Notes under the pieces: generated by a model
Databases searched by the model: none
Seen by the model: the letters and a program-made list of their open reading frames with translations, nothing else
What the model was told of the DNA's origin: nothing
NCBI GenBank assembly: GCA_012512795.1
Contig: JAAZDL010000138.1
Location: 1-27,263, forward strand
Direction: 5' to 3'
Length of the DNA stretch: 27,263 bases
From: Mycoplasmatota bacterium
GTDB taxonomy: Bacteria > Bacillota_I > Bacilli_A > RF39 > UBA660
Part shown: one piece after another, positions 17,100 to 26,750 of the stretch
How the letters are laid out: every line of letters begins with the position of its first letter
Position numbering within the stretch: the stretch's first letter is position 1
Translations under genes and position numbers: made by a program

Positions 17100-19442
17100 T
17101 TACCATTTCCAGTTTTTTATCTCTGGCATATCCTCTCCATGCTCAGTTATATATTCTTTATGTTCAACTAGTTTGTTTTTGCACCACTCATTTAAATCAC
17201 TTCGCTTATCTCCAAGTGATGGTAAATATTTAAGAGCATCTATAACTAAATTATATCTATCTAATTTATTTTGAACTTTCATATCAAATGTTGTAGTTAT
17301 AGTTCCTTCTTCTATATATCCATGAACATGCAAATTCTTGTTATTTCTTTTATAAGAAAGTTGATGTATTAAGTTTGGGTATCCATGAAATGCAAATATT
17401 ATAGGTTTCTTTTTAGTAAATATGCTATCATACTCATCATTATCAAGTCCATGAGGATGATTATCAGGAGATTCTAATTTCATTATGTCAACAACGTTAA
17501 CCACTCTAATAGATAACTTAGGAAAAGCTTCTCTTAATATTTTAGTAGCTGCTAAAATTTCTATTGTAGGAGTTTCTCCAGCACATGCCATAACTATATC
17601 TGGTTCTTTTCCTTCATCATTACTTGCAAACTTCCATATTCCTAAACCTTTTGTGCAGTGAGCTATAGCCTCTTTCATAGTAAGCCACTGAGGTCTTAAA
17701 TGTTTAGATGCTACTATAACATTAATATAGTTTTTAGTTCTAATAACATGATCAAAACAACATATTAAACTATTAGCATCAGGTGGTAAATATATACGTA
17801 CTATGTCTGCTTTTTTAGTAACTATATGATTTAAAAACCCAGGATCTTGATGAGTAAAGCCATTATGATCTTGTTGCCAAACATAAGAAGATAAAATATA
17901 GTTTAAAGATGATATTTCTCTTCTCCAAGGAAGTTCTTTAGTTACTTTTAACCATTTAGCATGTTGGGAAGTCATAGAATCTACTATTCTAATAAAAGCT
18001 TCATAGCTATGAAGAAAACCATGTCTACCACTTAATAAGTAGCCTTCTAACATACCTTGGCATAAATGTTCTGAAAGTACTGAATCAATAACTCTTCCAT
18101 ATGTACTTAAATATTCATCAGTATCATACTTTATACCATTCCACTGTCTAGAAGTCGTTTCAAAAACATGATTAAGTCTATTTGATAGTGCTTCATCAGG
18201 ACCAAAAATTCTATAATTTTTTTTGTCTTCATTAAATTTTAAAATATCTCTTATAAAATATCCAAGTTCTAACATATCTTGTTTCATAACAGATCCTGGT
18301 TTATGTACTTCAACTGCATAATCTCTAAAATCAGGTATTCTTAAATCTTCAAGTAGTAATCCTCCATTAGTAACTGGATTCATACCCATATTTCTCTCAG
18401 GCCCAGGGCAAAGCGCTTTAAGTTCTTTTTTTAATGTTCCTTTTTCATCAAATAATTCTTCAGGTTTATAACTTTTTAACCATGCTTCTAAATATTCAAT
18501 ATTTTTAGGATTTTGAGGGTTAATAGTTAATGGAACTTGATGCGCTCTAAAAGAATTTTCATTCATTTTACCATCTACAGTTTTAGGACCTGTCCATCCT
18601 TTAGGTGTTTTTAATATAATCATTGGATAAGTTGCTCTTTTATTTAATCTTGTTTTTTCTTTTATTATCTTAATTTCATCAATACACTTATCTAATACTT
18701 TAGCCATTTTTTCATGCATATTAGCTGTTGTATTTGCTTCTACTATATAAGGTCTCCATCCACAACCTTCAAAATATTTTATTAATTCTTCTTCAGGTAT
18801 TCTTGCTAAAACAGTTGGATTTGCTATTTTATAACCATTTAAGTGTAATATAGGTAAAACTATTCCATCAGTTAGTGGATTGATTATTTTATTTAAATGC
18901 CATGAAGCAGCTAAAGGGCCTGTCTCAGCTTCCCCATCTCCTACAACACATGCAGCTATTAAACTTGGGTTATCTAAAACAGCACCAAAAGCATGAGATA
19001 AGCAATATCCAAGCTCTCCACCTTCATTTATACTCCCAGGAGTTTCAGGTGCAACATGTGAAGACACTCCTCCTGGAAAACTAAATTGTTTAAATAATTT
19101 TTTTAGTCCTTCTTCATCTTGTGTTATCTCAGGATATATTTCACTATAACTTCCTTCTAAATATGTATTTGCTACCATAGCTTGACCACCATGTCCAGGA
19201 CCTGATACATAAATCATATTTAATTTATTCTTTTTAATTATTCTATTTAGATGAACATATATAAAGTTTTGCCCAGGAGCAGTCCCCCAATGCCCTACTA
19301 CATTTGGCTTTATATGATCAATAGTTAATTTTTCTTTTAATAACGGATTATCTTTTAAATATAATTGAGCAACAGACATATAATTAGCAGCTCTAAAATA
19401 TGCATCTATTCTTTTTGCTTCAGTTTCACTTAAAACTTTCAT
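17100..19442 (-). CDS. xfp: Xylulose-5-phosphate/fructose-6-phosphate phosphoketolase
   Basis: GHWG, GPGHGG, EGGELGY, ThDP motif GDGE...[24 protein letters not shown]. Confidence 0.97.
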   Translation of the reverse strand: MKVLSETEAKRIDAYFRAANYMSVAQLYLKDNPLLKEKLTIDHIKPNVVGHWGTAPGQNFIYVHLNRIIKKNKLNMIYVSGPGHGGQAMVANTYLEGSYSEIYPEITQDEEGLKKLFKQFSFPGGVSSHVAPETPGSINEGGELGYCLSHAFGAVLDNPSLIAACVVGDGEAETGPLAASWHLNKIINPLTDGIVLPILHLNGYKIANPTVLARIPEEELIKYFEGCGWRPYIVEANTTANMHEKMAKVLDKCIDEIKIIKEKTRLNKRATYPMIILKTPKGWTGPKTVDGKMNENSFRAHQVPLTINPQNPKNIEYLEAWLKSYKPEELFDEKGTLKKELKALCPGPERNMGMNPVTNGGLLLEDLRIPDFRDYAVEVHKPGSVMKQDMLELGYFIRDILKFNEDKKNYRIFGPDEALSNRLNHVFETTSRQWNGIKYDTDEYLSTYGRVIDSVLSEHLCQGMLEGYLLSGRHGFLHSYEAFIRIVDSMTSQHAKWLKVTKELPWRREISSLNYILSSYVWQQDHNGFTHQDPGFLNHIVTKKADIVRIYLPPDANSLICCFDHVIRTKNYINVIVASKHLRPQWLTMKEAIAHCTKGLGIWKFASNDEGKEPDIVMACAGETPTIEILAATKILREAFPKLSIRVVNVVDIMKLESPDNHPHGLDNDEYDSIFTKKKPIIFAFHGYPNLIHQLSYKRNNKNLHVHGYIEEGTITTTFDMKVQNKLDRYNLVIDALKYLPSLGDKRSDLNEWCKNKLVEHKEYITEHGEDMPEIKNWKW

Positions 19443-19490
19443 AACGCCTCCTTTTTATTCTAATAATAGTATACTATATTTTTAAACAAT

Positions 19491-19513
19491 AAAAAAGAGT
19501 TATAAAACTCTTT
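19491..19513 (-). terminator. Terminator after tsaE
   Basis: AAAGAGTT-n4-AACTCTTT hairpin with a T tract on the minus strand. Confidence 0.65.
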
Positions 19514-19952
19514 CACATAAATCTTCATATTTAGATCCATGAGGCTTTATAATAAATTGACGAGTATACTCATCTTTTATTTTAATTCTAATATCTAGTC
19601 TATTTTTAGGTAGGATATCTTCAATTAAATCTGCCCACTCTATTATACATACACCTTTTTTATTAAAATATTCAGTTATTCCAATATCTTGTTTAATATC
19701 GCTTAATCTATAAACATCCATATGAAAAAGTTTCATTTCTGCTCCTTCATATTCTTTTATAATAGTAAAAGTTGGAGAAGTAATATTATCAGTTATTCCA
19801 AGAGCTGCTGCAAAAGCTTTAGCAAACATTGTCTTGCCACTTCCTAAATCTCCTTCTAAACATATAACCATATTAGGGAATTTCTCTGACTCTATATTTT
19901 GAGCTAATTCAATTGTTTCATCTTCTGAATACGATGTAATTTTATATTGCAT
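19500..19952 (-). CDS. tsaE: tRNA threonylcarbamoyladenosine biosynthesis ATPase TsaE
   Basis: GDLGSGKT, SPTF, HMDVYRL, IEWAD. Confidence 0.96.
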   Translation of the reverse strand: MQYKITSYSEDETIELAQNIESEKFPNMVICLEGDLGSGKTMFAKAFAAALGITDNITSPTFTIIKEYEGAEMKLFHMDVYRLSDIKQDIGITEYFNKKGVCIIEWADLIEDILPKNRLDIRIKIKDEYTRQFIIKPHGSKYEDLCERVL

Positions 19953-20168
19953 TTATATCACCACAACCATTGTATCATTAATAGAAAATTTAATACAAGC
20001 GTTTTTATCAATTTTGTTTCTTTTTTAATTATTTTAATTTTTATATTTAAGTTCACTAATTATATTTAATTCAAATGTAACAATAATATAGTTATTTTTA
20101 CACTTAAATTATGGAATTTATGTATAAAATAATATAATTAATACATTTACACATATATAGTAAAATAA

Positions 20169-20912
20169 CTAATTATTAATATCAGTATTAATAAATTTAT
20201 AACAAGAAATAACAAAAATCAAAATAGAGTAAACTATTAATATTACTATTCCTTTATTAATTGAAAGATTAATACCTAATTCAATATTCATACTTTTAAT
20301 ATCTTGAATATATTCAAATATTGTAAAATCTAAATATGGTAAAAATGTATATTCTATAAATGTTAGTTTAATACCAAAAAATATTTGAGATATAATATTA
20401 GAAAAAAGTAATAAAAATAATGAGATACCAACAGACATAGAAGTGCTTTTTGTTATAGTTGATATTGATAAAATTAAAACTGATATAAAAAATAAAGGGA
20501 TTGAACATAAAAGTAATTTGTCTATATGATTAATCTTTAATATATTTATCTTAAGTAATAAAAATATTATAAAATAAAATATAATAATACTTAATAATAT
20601 AATAATTGTTGTCATAAACATCATTATTAATTTAGATAAGTATACTTTATATCTTTTAACAGGCTTAGTTAAGTATATTCTCATAGTTCCTGCATTATAT
20701 TCATTAGATATTATACCACCAAAAAGAATCGCTAAAAAGAGCCCTAAAAACGGTATTAAATGTATAGAAGTATAAAATATATCTTTACTATCTCTATTTA
20801 TATAAACAATTATAAAGATAGTTATAAATAATAAAAATAATATATACACTATTTTAATAATTCTAAGCTTTAAAAATTCATTAATTATTAACTTAATCAT
20901 CTTTGCCTTCAA
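20169..20912 (-). CDS. ABC-2-type permease
   Basis: 6 TM segments; ISNEYNAGTMRIYLTKPVKRYKVYLSK motif; overlaps the ATPase gene. Confidence 0.9.
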   Translation of the reverse strand: MKAKMIKLIINEFLKLRIIKIVYILFLLFITIFIIVYINRDSKDIFYTSIHLIPFLGLFLAILFGGIISNEYNAGTMRIYLTKPVKRYKVYLSKLIMMFMTTIIILLSIIIFYFIIFLLLKINILKINHIDKLLLCSIPLFFISVLILSISTITKSTSMSVGISLFLLLFSNIISQIFFGIKLTFIEYTFLPYLDFTIFEYIQDIKSMNIELGINLSINKGIVILIVYSILIFVISCYKFINTDINN

Positions 20913-21771
20913 TCATTTCAAAAAAACTACTTTCGATATTACTACTACTTTCAACTATTCTATATACTGATATATCATTCATAACTAATTCTCTATTAAT
21001 ATCACTTATTTTACTATCAGTTTCATATACTCTAAGACCATCATTAATACAATAATCATTTAATAATAATTTAGCTTTTGAATAATTATCAACTTCAAAT
21101 TCTATGTATTTTTTATCAATATTCTTATTAACTTTTTGCATCTTGATTATTTTTCCATTATTTATAAATAATACGTTATCACAAAGAACTTCTATTTCAG
21201 ATAATAAATGAGAAGATATAAAAATAGTTGTATTTTTTAGACTTAAAAGTAACTCTCTTAATTCTTTAATAGCATATGGATCTAAACCATTTGTAGGTTC
21301 ATCAAGTATGAGAATCTTTGGATTATTTATAAGTGCACTTACAATACCAATTCTTTCTTTAGTACCTAAAGAATATGTTTTAAACTTCTTCCCTAAACTT
21401 TTTTCAATGTCTACTATCTTAACAATATTTTCAACTGTTTTAATATCAACATCTTTAAACATAGATTTAAATATTTCTAAATTTGTTTTACCACTTAAAT
21501 ATGAATACATATCAGTTCCTTCAATTAAACATCCTACTTTACTCATAGCTTCTTCAAAATTATCTTTAAGATTTATATTATCATACTCTATATACCCAGT
21601 GTCAGCTTTATAAAGACCAGTCATTATTTTTAATAATGTACTTTTCCCTGAACCATTTACTCCAACAAGTCCCATAATAGTATTTTCTTCTATATCAAAA
21701 CTAATATTATCTAATATTTTCTTATTTCCAATACTTTTAGAAACATTTCTTACCTTTACTATATTTTTCAT
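20893..21771 (-). CDS. ABC transporter ATP-binding protein (BcrA/multidrug type)
   Basis: GVNGSGKST, YSLGTKERIG, ILDEPTNGLD, SSHLLSE; GGAGG SD. Confidence 0.95.
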   Translation of the reverse strand: MKNIVKVRNVSKSIGNKKILDNISFDIEENTIMGLVGVNGSGKSTLLKIMTGLYKADTGYIEYDNINLKDNFEEAMSKVGCLIEGTDMYSYLSGKTNLEIFKSMFKDVDIKTVENIVKIVDIEKSLGKKFKTYSLGTKERIGIVSALINNPKILILDEPTNGLDPYAIKELRELLLSLKNTTIFISSHLLSEIEVLCDNVLFINNGKIIKMQKVNKNIDKKYIEFEVDNYSKAKLLLNDYCINDGLRVYETDSKISDINRELVMNDISVYRIVESSSNIESSFFEMIEGKDD

Positions 21772-21934
21772 ATTTTTCCTCCAATAAAAAAGATTATATT
21801 CATAATAAAAATATAATCAAATCGTAATAATTTAATTGTTAGAAAGTATATATATTGAAAACGATAATTTACTATACATAAAACATAATTTTAAAAACTA
21901 TATTTATTTAATAAATAAATTATACACAAAATAA

Positions 21935-21957
21935 AAAATTTACATAAAGTAAATTTT
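21935..21957 (-). terminator. Terminator after the Clp-like ATPase gene
   Basis: AAAATTTAC-n5-GTAAATTTT hairpin then a T-rich tract on the minus strand, at the stop codon. Confidence 0.55.
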
Positions 21958-22936
21958 ATATATCATTTAAATCAACTTGTTCTTCAGTTAATAAATCATC
22001 AAATAAAACTTTAAATTTAGCTATCTCTTTTATTTTAGCATCTTCATATACACTTTTAGTTCTACATATAGCTCTATAAAAATGTTTTATAGTAACTTTA
22101 GGACTATTTTCATATAATGCCATAGAAAATGCACTCATGACTAAAGTAAGCGCTATATCTGGATACCTATTTCCTATTTCATATATTCTTTTATACTCAT
22201 CTGTCATTTCTACGATGAATCTAAATATCTTTTCTTTAATAAAATCTGTATAAAGTAGTTTAACGCCAGTTCTTTTTTCATATTTAGGATAAGTTCCTAA
22301 AAGTATTTTAATACATTCTTCTTCACTTGGTTCATCTATATCAACTTTAATAAATCTTCTTAAGAAAGCTCTGTCTCTTAAAATGTATGCTTCATATTCT
22401 TCATATGTTGTTGCACCTATCATTTTAATATCACCACGATCTAGACCTGGTTTTAACATATTAGCAAAGTCTATACTCATGTTAGTTGTATTTCTATTAA
22501 CTAATAAGTGAACTTCATCAATAAATAATAAGATATTCTTTTTAGTTTTTAATTCATCTACTAATAATTGTAATCTATTTTCACTTTGGCCTTCACTAAC
22601 TGATTCGCCTAATAAACTTGAAATATTAACTTTAATTAATTCATAAGGTTTTAATGCCTCAGGGATATTACCTGTTTTCATTCTATAACCAATGCCTTCA
22701 ACTATAGCTGTTTTACCAACACCAGCTTTACCAACAAGAAGAGCACTTTTTTCAGGAGTTAGTAATATTATTATACTTTGCTCTATTTCGCTTTCTCTTC
22801 CTATCGCAGGATTTGTTACATATTCTTTTTTACTTAAATTCTCTCCGTATGTTTCTAATATACTAACTTTATTAGTTTTTTCAACATTCTGAGTTACTTT
22901 AAGATCAAGATCTAAAATTTCTAGTTTTTCATTCAT
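21956..22936 (-). CDS. Clp/Hsp100-type AAA+ ATPase containing only the first nucleotide-binding domain
   Basis: YGENL...PAIGRESEI, GKAGVGKT, LFIDEVH, IGATT, RAFLRRF, DEPS, RYPD; 326 aa, no N-domain or D2. Confidence 0.9.
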   Translation of the reverse strand: MNEKLEILDLDLKVTQNVEKTNKVSILETYGENLSKKEYVTNPAIGRESEIEQSIIILLTPEKSALLVGKAGVGKTAIVEGIGYRMKTGNIPEALKPYELIKVNISSLLGESVSEGQSENRLQLLVDELKTKKNILLFIDEVHLLVNRNTTNMSIDFANMLKPGLDRGDIKMIGATTYEEYEAYILRDRAFLRRFIKVDIDEPSEEECIKILLGTYPKYEKRTGVKLLYTDFIKEKIFRFIVEMTDEYKRIYEIGNRYPDIALTLVMSAFSMALYENSPKVTIKHFYRAICRTKSVYEDAKIKEIAKFKVLFDDLLTEEQVDLNDI

Positions 22937-22998
22937 ATAAATCCCTCTTTAACTTAAATTTATTTTACCAACTTTCATGTTAAAAGTCTATCTTTTTG

Positions 22999-23027
22999 TT
23001 GACAAAAGAATTTAGTTAAATTATAAT
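22999..23027 (+). promoter_or_regulatory. Consensus sigma-A promoter of tRNA-Asn
   Basis: TTGACA-17 nt-TATAAT, perfect match. Confidence 0.9.
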
Positions 23028-23040
23028 AGTTAATGCAAGT

Positions 23041-23116
23041 GCCTAATTAGCTCAGTTGGTAGAGCACCCGGCTGTTAACCGGTAGGTCGTAGGTTCGAGT
23101 CCTACATTAGGCGCCA
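23041..23116 (+). tRNA. tRNA-Asn (anticodon GTT)
   Basis: GCCTAAT/ATTAGGC acceptor stem, G discriminator, CCA, CT-GTT-AA loop, GTAGG-TTCGAGT-CCTAC T arm; 76 nt. Confidence 0.97.
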
Positions 23117-23127
23117 TTATTGATAAT

Positions 23128-23154
23128 AATTCAAACATAGATTTGAGTTTTTTT
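23128..23154 (+). terminator. Terminator after tRNA-Asn
   Basis: AATTCAAA-CATAGA-TTTGAGTT hairpin plus T tract. Confidence 0.65.
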
Positions 23155-23174
23155 ATTACATAAAAATAGAATAT

Positions 23175-24395
23175 TTACTCTATAATTATTCTATCTTTAT
23201 CTTTTTCATTCATAGTTATCACTACAGTATATCTGGCTAATTCATCTGAATCATATATTTTATTATCTTTAAGATCGTCAATATAAACACTTATTTTATT
23301 TTTATAATCTAATTTAAGAGATATGTATAAGTTATTAGCATTTCTAGTTGAATAGAAATTATAATAACATTCATAATATTTTACTTCAACACTATATTTA
23401 TTAATAAGCTTATTATCATAGTTAATAACATAGTTTGTTTTATATAAGCTATTAAATGATATTCTTGTTGGTTTTGAATCATATAAATAATAAGATTGAT
23501 AATTTCTTGTCATACTATACTTTTCACTTACATCACTAACAAATTCAATTTGAGTATACTGTCTATATGCAAGAGCTATACCAACAGAAATTATAAATAC
23601 AAAAGAAAGTAATGTTATCAAACTCCATTTATTACTTATTCGTTTTTTAAATATTAATTTATTTACAATAATAACAAGCCATAAAGTAATTAATGTAATA
23701 CCTAATAAAACTAAATTAATGCCATATATTTTAACACCGTCCAAAAAAGTAAATAAACTAGCAATAAATATAGTATTAGCCCATAACCATATAAATATTA
23801 AAATAGTTAATAGTATAGTTCCAAAAGTTTGATATATAATTCTTATTATTCTTGTTTTTTTACTTTCAAATATATTTTTATTACTATATATATCTAAAAC
23901 GTCACTAAGTTCTGATTTAACATCATTAACAGTTTCTTCAATATTATTTTTTAATGAATCTTTTTTTCTAAAAGTTTTAAGTTTATTAGTAATAGATAAT
24001 TTTATTTTCTTATAATAATTTAATATTATATCTATTATTTTATGATTTTTAACTTTATTTTTAGTTTTTGTTTTTGTTTTTTTCTTTTTAATCTTACTCT
24101 TAATACTTTTTTTAAATTCAATATTTTTAATTTTATTATAAAGTTTTTTTATAAAGTCAATAATCTTATATTTAGTTTTATATAAAAAACAAGATTTTTT
24201 TAAAAGTAACGACTCTTTTTCAACTATTTCATCAACACTACCAAAAGATTTAATAATATCAGCAATTTTTTTCTTTTCTTTTCTTTGTGATTTTATAATA
24301 TCTTTGTATTTTAATATTATTTCATCTTTTTGCTTTTTATTAAATTTTTCTAATTTTGTTTCTAGTTCTTCTAAAAATTTCAACTCTTTTTTCAT
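23175..24395 (-). CDS. Membrane protein with a DUF1700/HAAS-like N-terminal domain
   Basis: FLEELETKL...EIILKY...IIKSFGSVDEIV pattern, Lys-rich region, 3 TM segments, C-terminal soluble domain; ATG 24395 after AGGTGAG SD. Confidence 0.75.
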   Translation of the reverse strand: MKKELKFLEELETKLEKFNKKQKDEIILKYKDIIKSQRKEKKKIADIIKSFGSVDEIVEKESLLLKKSCFLYKTKYKIIDFIKKLYNKIKNIEFKKSIKSKIKKKKTKTKTKNKVKNHKIIDIILNYYKKIKLSITNKLKTFRKKDSLKNNIEETVNDVKSELSDVLDIYSNKNIFESKKTRIIRIIYQTFGTILLTILIFIWLWANTIFIASLFTFLDGVKIYGINLVLLGITLITLWLVIIVNKLIFKKRISNKWSLITLLSFVFIISVGIALAYRQYTQIEFVSDVSEKYSMTRNYQSYYLYDSKPTRISFNSLYKTNYVINYDNKLINKYSVEVKYYECYYNFYSTRNANNLYISLKLDYKNKISVYIDDLKDNKIYDSDELARYTVVITMNEKDKDRIIIE

Positions 24396-24451
24396 AAAAC
24401 TCACCTAATATAATTATTTGCTTTATATAATATTCTATTACTGTTTTTTTG

Positions 24452-25078
24452 TCAATCTAACATCTTATTAATTTCTTTTTTTAATAGCTTTTTTACACTC
24501 TTAATCCAACTTTTAATCGATTTGTCCATATAATCAATTAATTTATCAATAGTTTTGTCTATCCATGAAGGAGTTTTTACTTCATCAATTATTTCATCAT
24601 TTGGATATTCTTCTAAAGACCATATTCCTAACTTAGAGTCAGCTGCTTTTTTTTCTTCTTCAAGAAGTTCATCAGTATACATGTATTCTCCATAAATATA
24701 AGCTACTTTAGCATAGCCTAGTGATACTAACTCTTTTTGAAGTAAAGAATCATCAACAAATACCCAAGCTAAAAGTCTATCGTATTTATCCTTTATGTCA
24801 CTATTAGGATCATACTCTATAGATAAGTTTTTAGCATTTTTAACTTTTTCACAAGTATAATCACTAGCTTCTTCCCCGAAAGGTTCTACACCTTTAGTCG
24901 GATGAACTGTCTCAGGAGTATCAATAGCTAGAAACCTAAGAGTCATTTTTTCTCCATCAACTTCAACTTTAATAGTATCTCCATCAACACAATCTAAAAA
25001 ATTCACTTCTTTTTTCTCTGCATTTATAACGTTAGTAAACATCATAAAACTTAACAATATTATAAATATTCTTTTCAT
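24452..25078 (-). CDS. Secreted thermonuclease (staphylococcal nuclease family)
   Basis: Signal peptide (..VINA), DGDT, RFLAIDTPE, DKYDRLLA, GYAKV, KLGIWS. Confidence 0.93.
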   Translation of the reverse strand: MKRIFIILLSFMMFTNVINAEKKEVNFLDCVDGDTIKVEVDGEKMTLRFLAIDTPETVHPTKGVEPFGEEASDYTCEKVKNAKNLSIEYDPNSDIKDKYDRLLAWVFVDDSLLQKELVSLGYAKVAYIYGEYMYTDELLEEEKKAADSKLGIWSLEEYPNDEIIDEVKTPSWIDKTIDKLIDYMDKSIKSWIKSVKKLLKKEINKMLD

Positions 25079-25084
25079 AATTGT

Positions 25085-25093
25085 ATTTTACCA
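25085..25093 (-). promoter_or_regulatory. Extended -10 (TGgTAAAAT) 6 nt upstream of the nuclease ATG
   Basis: Minus strand reads TGGTAAAAT-ACAATT-ATG with no SD. Confidence 0.55.
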
Positions 25094-25151
25094 CATATTT
25101 CACATTTAAAAAAGAAGTATATTCATCTTCTTTTAAAAAAAACAAATTATT

Positions 25152-25178
25152 TTAGCACTCCCTATTGACAAGTGCTAA
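25152..25178 (+). promoter_or_regulatory. CIRCE element (HrcA operator) overlapping the -35 of the hsp20 promoter
   Basis: TTAGCACTC-N9-AAGTGCTAA (1 mismatch to TTAGCACTC-N9-GAGTGCTAA); TTGACA at 25165-25170, TATAAT at 25187-25192. Confidence 0.9.
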
Positions 25179-25218
25179 AATATGAGTATAATTATAGTTG
25201 TAAGGAGATGAGTAAACA

Positions 25219-25614
25219 ATGAGTTTATTACCAGGAAAATTTTATTTCGAAGATTTCTTTGATGATTTCGCACCTATTGTAAGAACAGGAAAAAACGAAA
25301 TTAAATGTGATGTCTATGAAAAAGATGGAACTATTCATATTGAAATGGATGCTCCAGGATTCAAAAAAGAAGACATAAAAGTGAACATTGACGATGGTAT
25401 TCTTACAATCGAAGCTTCTAAAGAAGAAGAAGTAGAGGAAAAAGACAAGAATTACTATCGTAGAGAAAGAACTTGTGGAACTTTTAAAAGACAATTCACA
25501 GTGGGAAATGTTAATGAAGAAGAAATACAAGCTGAATTTAATAACGGTGTATTAACTATTTCTCTACCAAAAGAAGAAGTAAAAGATACTAAAAAAGTTA
25601 TCGAAATAAAATAA
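25219..25614 (+). CDS. Small heat-shock protein (Hsp20/alpha-crystallin)
   Basis: DVYE..., DAPGFKKEDI, RRER..GTFKRQF, AEFNNGVLTISLPK, C-terminal IEI; AAGGAG SD. Confidence 0.95.
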   Translation: MSLLPGKFYFEDFFDDFAPIVRTGKNEIKCDVYEKDGTIHIEMDAPGFKKEDIKVNIDDGILTIEASKEEEVEEKDKNYYRRERTCGTFKRQFTVGNVNEEEIQAEFNNGVLTISLPKEEVKDTKKVIEIK

Positions 25615-25619
25615 ATGAA

Positions 25620-25645
25620 AAAAGAGTAATTATAATTACTCTTTT
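25620..25645. terminator. Bidirectional intrinsic terminator
   Basis: AAAAGAGTAAT-TATA-ATTACTCTTTT perfect inverted repeat. Confidence 0.85.
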
Positions 25646-26750
25646 ATTTTGTTACATTAAATCTAAAGTAGCAAATATCTCCATCTTTCATTAAATATTC
25701 TTTACCTTCTAGTCTTGCTTTACCAGCCTCTTTTACTTTAAGTTCGTTACCATAGTTAATTAGATCTTCATAACTCATTATTTCTGCTTTTATAAAACCT
25801 TTTTCAAAATCACTATGAATTATACCTGCGCATTCAGGAGCTTTCATACCATCTTTAAATGTCCATGCTCTCACTTCATCTTTTCCAACAGTAAAAAACG
25901 TCTTAAGTCCTAACATATAATATGTTATATGTACTAATTGATCAAGTCCACTATTTTGAATCCCTAAATCATTTAAAAATTCTTTTTTAGACTCTTCATC
26001 TAACTGAGATAATTCACTTTCAATTTTAGTGCACATAATAACTACAGAAGAATTTTCTTCACTAGCTAAAGTTCTTACCTTATCAACATATTCATTACCA
26101 CCTACTAGTAAATCATCTTCACTAACATTAGCTAAATATATAAACGGTTTGTTTGTAATTAAATTATAATTCTTAATGATTTTTTCTTCTTTATCAGTAT
26201 ATTCTACTAATCTAATCATTTTTCCTGAGCTTAAATTCTCTTTGAGTTTTTTTAATATTTCTACTTCAAATAAAAGTTCTTTATCATTTGAAGTAGTAGC
26301 TTTCTTTTCTATTTTTTGAAGTCTATTTTCAACTATTTCTAAATCACTTAATATTAATTCGTAATTAACTATCTCTATGTCTCGAACAGGGTCAATATTC
26401 CCTTCAACATGGATTATATCTTTGTTTTCAAAACATCTAACTACTTCTACAATAGCATCTACTTCTCTTATGTTAGCAAGAAACTTATTTCCTAAACCTT
26501 CTCCTACTGACGCACCTTTTACTAAACCAGCAATATCAATAAATTCATATTGTGTTGATATTAACTTATCAGGAATATACATATCATATAAAGTTTCTAA
26601 TCTTTTATCTGGAAGAGTTACCACTCCTACATTAGGATCAATAGTTGCAAAAGGATAATTAGCAGCTAAAATATTCTTTTTTGTTATAGCATTAAAAAGA
26701 GTACTTTTTCCAACATTGGGCAAACCTATTATACCTGCTTTAAGAGCCAT
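25644..26750 (-). CDS. ychF: Redox-regulated ribosome-binding ATPase YchF
   Basis: [41 protein letters not shown] tail GKEY.MKDGD. Confidence 0.97.
   Translation of the reverse strand: MALKAGIIGLPNVGKSTLFNAITKKNILAANYPFATIDPNVGVVTLPDKRLETLYDMYIPDKLISTQYEFIDIAGLVKGASVGEGLGNKFLANIREVDAIVEVVRCFENKDIIHVEGNIDPVRDIEIVNYELILSDLEIVENRLQKIEKKATTSNDKELLFEVEILKKLKENLSSGKMIRLVEYTDKEEKIIKNYNLITNKPFIYLANVSEDDLLVGGNEYVDKVRTLASEENSSVVIMCTKIESELSQLDEESKKEFLNDLGIQNSGLDQLVHITYYMLGLKTFFTVGKDEVRAWTFKDGMKAPECAGIIHSDFEKGFIKAEIMSYEDLINYGNELKVKEAGKARLEGKEYLMKDGDICYFRFNVTK

Noticed and set aside
19953-20168. Long, extremely AT-rich spacer as a possible origin, sRNA or array
   Set aside because: No DnaA-box cluster, repeats or stable hairpins seen; it contains the tsaE promoter and otherwise looks like background
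23067-23083. C27:U43 mismatch at the top of the tRNA-Asn anticodon stem
   Set aside because: A single terminal mismatch is commonly tolerated; all other arms, the promoter and the terminator are intact
178-23116. tRNA-bounded genomic island or prophage
   Set aside because: No integrase, recombinase or phage genes, no duplicated tRNA 3' end seen, and core genes (murE, tsaE, xfp) lie inside
1374-26658. Short opposite-strand ORFs in the track (1374-1586, 1907-2125, 5974-6162, 18902-19084, 21308-21613, 22692-22892, 25228-25530, 26377-26658)
   Set aside because: Each lies wholly antisense to a well-supported gene, with the S/F/L/I-rich composition expected of shadow frames and no SD support noted
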